In this document: positions 51,769-59,542 of the stretch, one piece after another | How the letters are laid out: every line of letters starts with the position of its first letter | How positions within the stretch are numbered: the stretch's first letter is position 1 | Source of the DNA: Bythopirellula sp. | GTDB taxonomy: Bacteria; Planctomycetota; Planctomycetia; Pirellulales; Lacipirellulaceae | Direction of reading: 5' to 3' | Assembly: GCA_965216565.1 (NCBI GenBank) | Contig: OZ244170.1 | Span: forward strand, 448,001-512,000 | DNA length: 64,000 bases | Program-made: the position numbers and the translations under genes | The notes under the pieces: generated by a model | What the model saw: only the letters and a program-made list of their open reading frames with translations | Told to the model about the DNA's origin: nothing | Databases searched by the model: none

Positions 51769-51998
51769 AGCCACAGCCACCGAAATGACGACCCATCTAA
51801 TACGAAAAATTTTGCGAGAAGGCGGACATCAAACGGTACACAAGCAACCAATTGACGAAAGCCGGCCGCGCCAGCCCTGTGAGGGGGCTGGCGGGCCTAC
51901 CGAAAGCAACTCTTATACAACCCTGTTTACTGTCCAACTAATGGGGTCCACCTCCGCACTCGACTTGACCCGTGCCATCATGACCTCGCTATATCAAG

Positions 51999-52757
51999 TC
52001 ACTCCTGGCCATCATCTCTTGTGAATTGAGATGTCGAATCGTGCCGATCGTTGCAATTGTCTATCAGACTAACGATCAATGCAGACAGCGAGAGCAAATC
52101 GCCCCGGTATTCTAGCAATGCCTCAAGATCCAAGAAGCTAGCGAGCCCACGATCATAGCTAGAGGATCGAGATTGATAGAGCCAAACGCGAATATTACGA
52201 TCGACCAGCCGCAGCTTGTCAGCCATGAGCCAACCGCTGTAATCGAGCAATTGGACATTGGCCACGAGTAGTACCGGTCCCTTCTTAACGCACAAGTTTA
52301 ACGCCTCGGTCGCCGACTTGGCACGAATAACACGCACGCCTCCGTTGGCAATGTCAGTTGCTATGCGTGCGAACACCTCGTCGCGATGCTCAACTAGCAG
52401 GACAGTAGGCAACGACACTGATTGGTAAGCATTTTCTTCAAGTGTGGAAGCGTAAGACCCATCCAATCGAGCAGCGTCATTCGGTGCATCAGCTAGTGAA
52501 TGCAGACGCTGACAATGACAATCCGACATGTGTGCCGCACCATTGCCCGTTGTGCGTAGCAACTGCTCCGCTCTGGTCAACAGATCGGTACCGGCGCGAT
52601 TTTTGGCAGCTAACGAGCCATCAACGTTTTCATACACCCTGAAACTACTGCGACAGTGGCCACACACTAACTCGTCGTTGATATATTGTGACCGCATCGT
52701 TATAGGGCGACCGCAAACCGGGCAATCGACCATTACATATGCACTTTGCAGAATCAT
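51999..52757 (-). CDS. Zinc-ribbon + degenerate receiver domain protein
   Basis: CPVCG..CGHC at the N-terminus; C-terminal VLLVEHRDE..VIRAKSATEA..SGWLMADKLR, paralogous to 11110..11643. Confidence 0.72.
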   Translation of the reverse strand: MILQSAYVMVDCPVCGRPITMRSQYINDELVCGHCRSSFRVYENVDGSLAAKNRAGTDLLTRAEQLLRTTGNGAAHMSDCHCQRLHSLADAPNDAARLDGSYASTLEENAYQSVSLPTVLLVEHRDEVFARIATDIANGGVRVIRAKSATEALNLCVKKGPVLLVANVQLLDYSGWLMADKLRLVDRNIRVWLYQSRSSSYDRGLASFLDLEALLEYRGDLLSLSALIVSLIDNCNDRHDSTSQFTRDDGQE

Positions 52758-52913
52758 CCTTCTTTCCTCCATGCCAGCCGCTCACGCGGCGGAGGCAAGA
52801 TGCCATAGGCATCTAGCACGGTAAAAAGTGACGCAGAACCTTGAATATTCAACGCGTCCTAAGAGCACCAATAGCCCGTGGATTGACAATCACAAGCAGG
52901 ATGACAGGAGAGA

Positions 52914-53378
52914 TTAGAGCTGAAAGCGACAAAGTTGGACGCAGCGTTCAGAACCGCCCGTCGTGAAGTTAGCTACTAACTTTTCAAGAGAATGTTGCGG
53001 CGCATTTACGCAATTAGTCGTTGAATCGCTGTGTAACTCAACGACTAGCAGATCGTTCTCCATGGACGGACCGGTCAACGCTGGGTCGACAGCATCAGGT
53101 GCCGGCATTTTGCAGCATCCGCAGGGACATTGGCACGGTCTTGAATTCGAATCTGACGAATTCGAATTACAGCACGACGGCGTTTGGCTGTTTCCGCTGC
53201 TGCACGGACTCCACTCCCGTTGCGAGTGGGAATCCTGCCACAAACCGGCTGCCGCTAGATTTGCACGCGTTTCAGTTACACGGCAGCAGCAGGATGCCAC
53301 CACCGACTGCTGTACTGGCAACAGTAAGATTGCCAGTAGTGCTAGAGTGTTCGAAGTGTGTGAGGTGAACAGGTTCAT
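52914..53378 (-). CDS. Cys-rich putative leader/arrest peptide L5
   Basis: LALLAILLLPVQQSVVASCCC..SCC..PCQCPCGCC, ends ERCVQLCRFQL-stop. Confidence 0.8.
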   Translation of the reverse strand: MNLFTSHTSNTLALLAILLLPVQQSVVASCCCRVTETRANLAAAGLWQDSHSQREWSPCSSGNSQTPSCCNSNSSDSNSRPCQCPCGCCKMPAPDAVDPALTGPSMENDLLVVELHSDSTTNCVNAPQHSLEKLVANFTTGGSERCVQLCRFQL

Positions 53379-53668
53379 GATTGTACAGCCAATTAGCTGG
53401 TGAATTCAATGTTGAGCTACATAAATTAGTTGTCGACTCTTCTACCAGCGAGAATCAAATCATTGTTAGCTTCCAATCAACTACGTGTAACGGCGATGTC
53501 CGGTTCATGTCAAGCACGATTGAGGTAAAAAGAAGTGATTCACCTATGCTTGAATCTTTTTTCAAAAATGAAGTGCGATTCCGCACACTTCATGAAGAAA
53601 TGCGAGCCAGATGACATCTAAACCCGTGTACGGATCAACTTACACATCTGTGAATGAGAGGTTTCCCA

Positions 53669-55045
53669 ATGTCGACAGCGCAAGACGACATTTTTTCAGA
53701 TGCTATCCGACGACTTGATCGTGCCGCAGAGTTCGCTGAAATTGATGGCGAGGCTTTGGAGAAATTGAGGAATCCCAAGTCCATCTTACAGGTCTCCATT
53801 CCTGTGCGCATGGACGATGGTCGTCTACAAGTGTTCCAAGGCTACCGCGTCATGCACGATGATACGCGTGGGCCGACCAAGGGAGGTATCCGGTTCCATC
53901 CGAACGTTGACCTTAGCGAAGTCAAGGCACTGGCGTTCTGGATGACCTGTAAGTGCGCAGTGGTCGGTATTCCTTTTGGTGGCGGCAAGGGGGGCGTTAT
54001 CGTAGATCCGAAACAACTCTCTCGGATGGAGTTGGAACGGCTCAGCCGCAGCTTTATCCAACAGATTGCCGATTTCATTGGTCCTGAAACTGATATCCCC
54101 GCCCCCGACGTTTACACGAATCCCATGGTCATGGGGTGGATGATGGATGAGTATTCGAAACTTCGTCGCCAGCACACACCTGCAGTGATTACGGGAAAAC
54201 CAATTCCGCTGGGCGGTAGTTTAGGCCGTGATGACGCCACGGGGCGTGGAGCGTACTACTGCATAAAAGAATTGGAGAAACTGAAAGGCTGGGAGCCACG
54301 GGAAGTGCGCGTGGCGGTGCAGGGATTCGGCAACGCTGGCCAACACGTCGCCCGGTTGCTGTATCACGATGGATATCGAATCGTTGCAATTAGTGATTCG
54401 CGTGGCGGCATCTTTCGTGGAGAAGGCTTAGATGTACCACGGGCCATTGAATTAAAGAACCAGGGTCTATCCGTAGGGCATGTTTATAGCACGCGATCGG
54501 TTTGTGAATGCCCTGTCTGTGGAGATGATAATTGCAATTGCTCCCAAAATGACAAAGGCACCGGTGATGCCATCAGTAACGACGCGCTCCTAGAGCTGGA
54601 TGTCGAGCTACTTATTCCAGCAGCACTAGAAAACCAAATTACCGCTGAGAATGTGGGACGAATCAACGCTACGGCTATCGTCGAAGTCGCCAATGGCCCT
54701 ACAACGAGCGAAGCAGACCGTACGCTCGCCGGTAAGGGCACACTCGTGGTTCCGGACATTCTCGCTAACGCTGGTGGAGTAACCGTGAGTTACTTCGAGT
54801 GGGTGCAAAACCGATGCGGGTTTTACTGGACTGAAAAGGACGTCCATGCCAGGTTGCAATCGATCGTGGCCAGAGAGTTCAACGCGGTCTACGGTCTGAC
54901 AGCTGAAAAGCAAATCGACATGCGAGCTGCCGCTTACGTGCACGCACTTAATCGTCTCAGCGAAGCTATCGAAGCTCAAGGTACGAGTCAATTCTTCTCC
55001 AATGACGTCGGAAGAGGTATGGCTCAGCGAACGGCAGCATCATGA
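53669..55045 (+). CDS. gdhA: Glu/Leu/Phe/Val dehydrogenase (glutamate dehydrogenase) with Cys-rich insertion
   Basis: RGPTKGGIRFHP, GGGKGG, DIPAPD, ATGRG, VQGFGNAG, NAGGVTVSYFEWVQN. Confidence 0.93.
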   Translation: MSTAQDDIFSDAIRRLDRAAEFAEIDGEALEKLRNPKSILQVSIPVRMDDGRLQVFQGYRVMHDDTRGPTKGGIRFHPNVDLSEVKALAFWMTCKCAVVGIPFGGGKGGVIVDPKQLSRMELERLSRSFIQQIADFIGPETDIPAPDVYTNPMVMGWMMDEYSKLRRQHTPAVITGKPIPLGGSLGRDDATGRGAYYCIKELEKLKGWEPREVRVAVQGFGNAGQHVARLLYHDGYRIVAISDSRGGIFRGEGLDVPRAIELKNQGLSVGHVYSTRSVCECPVCGDDNCNCSQNDKGTGDAISNDALLELDVELLIPAALENQITAENVGRINATAIVEVANGPTTSEADRTLAGKGTLVVPDILANAGGVTVSYFEWVQNRCGFYWTEKDVHARLQSIVAREFNAVYGLTAEKQIDMRAAAYVHALNRLSEAIEAQGTSQFFSNDVGRGMAQRTAAS

Positions 55046-57018
55046 TGGTGATTTCTTGTTTTCAACGAACCAAGATCTTGTTGCCACTGGTGACTTTGTC
55101 ATGGTGCTTCGTCGTTGTGCTCCCCTCCTCAACAACTGCTCAAGTCTCTACCGAAGATCATGCGAAACATCATCCTGGCCAGGATGCGGGTTCGGCAGCG
55201 GCTGATGGCAGTGGAACCAAAGGTGACAATGGTGGAGGCATGATGGGTGGAGCAATGGGTGGCATGATGGACACCATGATGGAGAAGATGGGGGCGCCTA
55301 AGCCCAAAGAGATGTATCCACAGTTGATGGATTTGCCGGACTTGCCGCTTGAAGAGCGTTTTACGATCAAACAAGAAGCACATCAGCGAATGCTGGCTGG
55401 CACGAGTCTCTTGTCTGTCGGGCTCGATCGGTTATCAGCGGGTGCGGCTACAGATGATTTTCAGATGATGCAGGATGCAACGGCCAGGATGCGCGAAGGG
55501 CTATCGCAATTTGAGAGTGGACTGGCCGCGCAGCGAGCAATTGCGGAGGGGAAAGCCCCGCGAAACGTGGCCATGCAATGGTTCAAACGCGAAATGAACC
55601 TTCTGGCTAGTCCCAGCGAGGATTCCGGATTTCGGATTCTTGGGATGACCGTTTTTCATACCAGCATCATGGTGGTTTTGGTTACTTTTGCCGCTGTCAT
55701 GATTTGGATGTACTTTTTTAAGATGCAGCGTGCCGCGGCTCTCATCGAAAAACTTTCCACCGTAAGTTCACCCTCCGAGTCACAATCACCAGTAACGCCA
55801 ACTGTGGTTGAAGAAACCCTTGCACCTGCGGTCCCCTCGGCTCAGAACGCTGATGCAAAGACTGCAGCGATTGACAGTGACTGCTGTGATGAATCTGGAG
55901 TAGCGTGTGCCACCGAAGACGCGATCGGTGATCGCTCTGATATTTCGTCAGGAATATTGCCGGTTGCCAAACGAAAACTCTGCCGACTACGCGTAGCTCG
56001 AATCTATCAAGAGACGCACGACGTAAAAACTTTTCGGCTTGTGGCCTGCCATGGAGGGGCACTTCCTTTTAACTACTTGCCAGGTCAGTTTCTCACTTTA
56101 ACATTGCCAACGAGCGAAAAATCTATTCGTCGCAGCTATACCATCTCATCTTCACCGACCCAGGGCTACTACTGCGAGATCACCGTTAAGCGTGAAGACC
56201 AAGGTGCCGGGTCACGATATCTTCATGATTGTGTCAAGGAAACTGATACGCTGGAAGTTCAAGCTCCTAGTGGAAAATTCACGTTCACTGGCCAGGATTC
56301 GGAAAGTGTCGTGCTGATTGGGGGCGGTGTCGGGATAACACCCATGATGAGCATTACCCGCGCTCTCACCGACATGGCATATCCGGGGCAAATCCATGTT
56401 GTCGTCGCCTGCCGTGATCCTAATCACTTCATTTTCAGTTCCGAATTCAGGAGGCTCCAAGAAGGTAATCCAAATTTGCATGTAGATGTAGCGATGAGCC
56501 GCATTCAGCAGCCCATTGATGGCTGTCATGCCGGCCGCCTTTCAAAAGAATTGCTTTTGGAGTGGATTCCAGACATCTCGTCCAAATTGATTTTTCTCTG
56601 TGGATCTCCTCCGATGATGGACAGTACGAAACAGTTGCTGGGTGAACTTGGTGTGCCAGCAGACAGGATTAACACAGAGAACTTTGGGTCGCTGCAAAAA
56701 CCTCAGTCTATGACAGCGAGGCACAAGAGAGTAACTGAGCCGGCACTGAAAGCGACCGCAGCCACAGTGAACTTTGCGACCTCAGGAAAGTCAACGCAAT
56801 TACTACCAGACGAGACTCTCCTAGAAGCAGCCGAACGAGTCGAAGTCGATATTGATTACTCATGCCGCACGGGTATGTGCGGTGTCTGCGCAGTCAAGCT
56901 GCTTTCAGGAGTAGCGACGATGGATGTCGAGGACGGATTAGAGCCAGGCGACAAAGCAAGTGGAATGGTTCTCGCATGTCAGGCCAAGTCAACAAACGAC
57001 GTCACTGTGGAGGCCTGA
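55042..57018 (+). CDS. Membrane-anchored FAD/NAD(P)H oxidoreductase with C-terminal [2Fe-2S] ferredoxin and N-terminal exported His/Met-rich domain
   Basis: Signal + EDHAKHHP + Met-rich tract, TM, PGQFL, RRSYTISS, GGGVGITPM, LCGSPPM, SCRTGMCGVC..LAC. Confidence 0.9.
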   Translation: MMVISCFQRTKILLPLVTLSWCFVVVLPSSTTAQVSTEDHAKHHPGQDAGSAAADGSGTKGDNGGGMMGGAMGGMMDTMMEKMGAPKPKEMYPQLMDLPDLPLEERFTIKQEAHQRMLAGTSLLSVGLDRLSAGAATDDFQMMQDATARMREGLSQFESGLAAQRAIAEGKAPRNVAMQWFKREMNLLASPSEDSGFRILGMTVFHTSIMVVLVTFAAVMIWMYFFKMQRAAALIEKLSTVSSPSESQSPVTPTVVEETLAPAVPSAQNADAKTAAIDSDCCDESGVACATEDAIGDRSDISSGILPVAKRKLCRLRVARIYQETHDVKTFRLVACHGGALPFNYLPGQFLTLTLPTSEKSIRRSYTISSSPTQGYYCEITVKREDQGAGSRYLHDCVKETDTLEVQAPSGKFTFTGQDSESVVLIGGGVGITPMMSITRALTDMAYPGQIHVVVACRDPNHFIFSSEFRRLQEGNPNLHVDVAMSRIQQPIDGCHAGRLSKELLLEWIPDISSKLIFLCGSPPMMDSTKQLLGELGVPADRINTENFGSLQKPQSMTARHKRVTEPALKATAATVNFATSGKSTQLLPDETLLEAAERVEVDIDYSCRTGMCGVCAVKLLSGVATMDVEDGLEPGDKASGMVLACQAKSTNDVTVEA

Positions 57019-57019
57019 C

Positions 57020-58660
57020 GTGAAAGAGAAAGAACGTCTTCTCGTCACCGGCCTAGTCGTGTTGATGCTCGTACTTTGGCTAGGCTTTCCCTTCCACCAG
57101 TCGCCACGTTTTGCGGGTAGCCTCTGGGGTGGTGTACTCGGCATAGCGGGTGCGGTGCTGATGCTCGTGCCGCTTGCATACATGGTTGTCAAACGCAGTA
57201 AGCAGCTAAAGAAAACAGTAACGCGATGGGTCTCCATGCGCACATTGCTCGCTTGGCACATATACGCAGGAGTGCTAGGTCCGATTCTGGTAATAGCCCA
57301 CACCGGGCACAAGTACGAGAGTCCATTAGGTGTCGCACTGACATCCATGACGCTATTGGTCGTGGTGAGTGGATTTGTGGGCCGTTACTTGATGAATCAA
57401 TTCGCCCAAGAAATCCGCGAGAAAAGGGCGATGTTGACAACCTTTAAGGCAACCTATCAGCAGGCCGCCAATGAACTGGCAGTTGCACCGGAGCGCGCCA
57501 AAATGTTGCAGCCATTTTCTGGCTTCTTCAGCCGCCTGCTTGCCGGCTTGTTTCTCCGTGGCCGTGCAATGTTTCCGGCCAGCTCCCACTCTGGTGCACC
57601 GAGCCCCACAACATTGCTTCGCGTGTCTGAATCCATCGCCGACGTTGAATATGCCATAAAGACGCACGAGACATTTAAAGTGTGGTTTGGTAAGTGGCTG
57701 AAGTTCCACATCGTGATTTCAATTGTATTGTACATCCTAATGACGCTACACATCTGGGCGGCAGTTCACTTCGGATTGAGGTGGTTTGATTCATGGAACA
57801 CGAGTACATCTTATTTTAGTCGCTCGACGATCCAGATTAGAGAATCGAAAACTAGTCTCACCCCACCCGCTTCGCTGTCGGATGCGAGAAAGTCTGCCGA
57901 AGCAGTCGAGAAGTTTTCCCGTCATTTCAACCAACTCTTCAGGCAACATTGGCATGCCCTGGTAGTCATTCATGGCATAAAAACGACGGCTTTTGACTTT
58001 GCCGGCATTGCCAGTGAGGTTGGCCTGCCGGAGTCGGACTTCTCCCAGGCACTTTTCGCGCTTGAACAAGTTGCCCCAGATCTTCTCGGTGGAGGCAATC
58101 GTGAAAAGGCCTTCTGGATAAACGTCTATAATTTTGGCGCAATGAAACTGGCGGCTGAAAACTATCCGGTGCAGTCGATCACGGATTCCAAAATCAGTAA
58201 CGGTGATCCATGGAGAATTCAAAGCATTCTCGTCGGTAGGAAGCGATATTCGTTACATCAGATTGAGAACGAGATCCTCCTTGGAAAATTCGGTGACCCT
58301 CGTATTGTGTTTGCCGTAAGCTGCGCGGCGGTGAGCTGCCCGGATCGAATGGATAGTATCTTTTTCGCCGAGCAACTCGACGAGCAACTCGACAACATCA
58401 TAAGGAGGTTTCTTGCTAATCCGACGAAAGGGTTGACCATACATCGTCAACGGAAAGTCTTGGAGCTTTCGTGGATCTTAGATGCCGACCGGCGACTATT
58501 TGGCGATGGCAGCGATGACAGTTTATTGGATTTCGTGCAGCGATACACGTCATCTGAAAATCGCAACTGGATTGATGTAAAACGTAGCGAAATCAAAATC
58601 GAGTTCTCTGAACATGACTGGGGTTTGAATGACGTCGCACTAGCTGACCACGACGACTAA
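57020..58660 (+). CDS. Ferric-reductase-like membrane (heme b) domain fused to a DUF547-like domain
   Basis: GTG 57020; TM helices with WHIYAG, AHTG, FHIVIS, LHIW; C-terminal KAFWINVYN..SL.QIEN.IL..DPRIVFAVSCAAVSCP..DW.LN. Confidence 0.75.
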   Translation: MKEKERLLVTGLVVLMLVLWLGFPFHQSPRFAGSLWGGVLGIAGAVLMLVPLAYMVVKRSKQLKKTVTRWVSMRTLLAWHIYAGVLGPILVIAHTGHKYESPLGVALTSMTLLVVVSGFVGRYLMNQFAQEIREKRAMLTTFKATYQQAANELAVAPERAKMLQPFSGFFSRLLAGLFLRGRAMFPASSHSGAPSPTTLLRVSESIADVEYAIKTHETFKVWFGKWLKFHIVISIVLYILMTLHIWAAVHFGLRWFDSWNTSTSYFSRSTIQIRESKTSLTPPASLSDARKSAEAVEKFSRHFNQLFRQHWHALVVIHGIKTTAFDFAGIASEVGLPESDFSQALFALEQVAPDLLGGGNREKAFWINVYNFGAMKLAAENYPVQSITDSKISNGDPWRIQSILVGRKRYSLHQIENEILLGKFGDPRIVFAVSCAAVSCPDRMDSIFFAEQLDEQLDNIIRRFLANPTKGLTIHRQRKVLELSWILDADRRLFGDGSDDSLLDFVQRYTSSENRNWIDVKRSEIKIEFSEHDWGLNDVALADHDD

Positions 58661-59481
58661 TGAAGTGTAAGCCAATGGCAGTAAGCACCGAAAGAAAGCG
58701 GAGATTTCACTCCCAGATCCTATTGGGTGTATGTCCATTGGTTCTTGCAGGGTTGTGGATATTGACACCTGTTGAATCTGCCTTTAAACGACCGGTCACA
58801 TGGCAAAGGATGGCAGAGCCTGGAGCTTTGTCAGCGGCTCACGCACACTTAGAGAATAACTGCGCCGCATGCCATACATCCATCAAGGGCATTGAGACGT
58901 TTAAGTGCGTCGTGTGCCATGCGAATAATGAGTCCATTTTGCAACGGCAACCGACTTCGTTTCATGCCAACATCAGCAGCTGCAAGGAGTGCCATTTGGA
59001 ACATCAGGGTTTTGATGCACATCCGACGAATATGGATCATTCTGCATTAGCAAATATTGGTTTACGCCAACTCGACACTAAGGATGTCGATAGTGAGAAC
59101 CGTATCTTACGCAGAGAGCTCATCGCGTCGATGAAACGACAGGCTGTGCCCCACTCTAGCATTTCAGCCACTGAAGCAACTCTCAACTGTGCCACGTGCC
59201 ACGCTAACGATGATCGACATTTTCAATTATTCGGTCTGGATTGTGCTCAATGTCATGCTACGGATCGATGGAACATCCCCGAGTATCGTCACCCGTCCTC
59301 GAATTCGATGGACTGTGCCCAATGTCATCAAGCACCGCCCAGTCACTACATGATGCATTTTAAGATGATTTCCGCACGCGTAGCTGGCAAGCCGCACGCG
59401 CGTGTTGACCAATGCTTCCTTTGCCATCAGACAACATCCTGGAACGATATTATCGATGCCGGTTGGTACAAGCATCACTAG
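58660..59481 (+). CDS. Multiheme (7 x CxxCH) cytochrome c3-like protein
   Basis: N-terminal TM; CAACH, CVVCH, CKECH, CATCH, CAQCH, CAQCH, CFLCH; PGALSAAH. Confidence 0.92.
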   Translation: MKCKPMAVSTERKRRFHSQILLGVCPLVLAGLWILTPVESAFKRPVTWQRMAEPGALSAAHAHLENNCAACHTSIKGIETFKCVVCHANNESILQRQPTSFHANISSCKECHLEHQGFDAHPTNMDHSALANIGLRQLDTKDVDSENRILRRELIASMKRQAVPHSSISATEATLNCATCHANDDRHFQLFGLDCAQCHATDRWNIPEYRHPSSNSMDCAQCHQAPPSHYMMHFKMISARVAGKPHARVDQCFLCHQTTSWNDIIDAGWYKHH

Positions 59482-59542
59482 GTGGCAAAGATTGAGCGAG
59501 CAAACACGCTGGTTCCCAACGCAGTTAATTGAGTCTGAAACT

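Larger units (their letters stand above)
50595..51955 (+). mobile_element. IS3-family insertion sequence (1361 bp)
   Basis: IRL TGAGGTGGACCCCCAAAACTGGACA, IRR (reverse complement) GGAGGTGGACCCCATTAGTTGGACA; 3-bp target duplication GCA (50592-50594 / 51956-51958); orfA/orfB. Confidence 0.92.

Noticed and set aside
3430..53378. Leaders as simple metallothioneins or as prenylation (CaaX-like) substrates
   Set aside because: Not excluded, but these readings do not explain the first-in-operon position, the fixed 65-69-aa spacing or the anti-SD pairing; L1 also lacks the terminal Cys.
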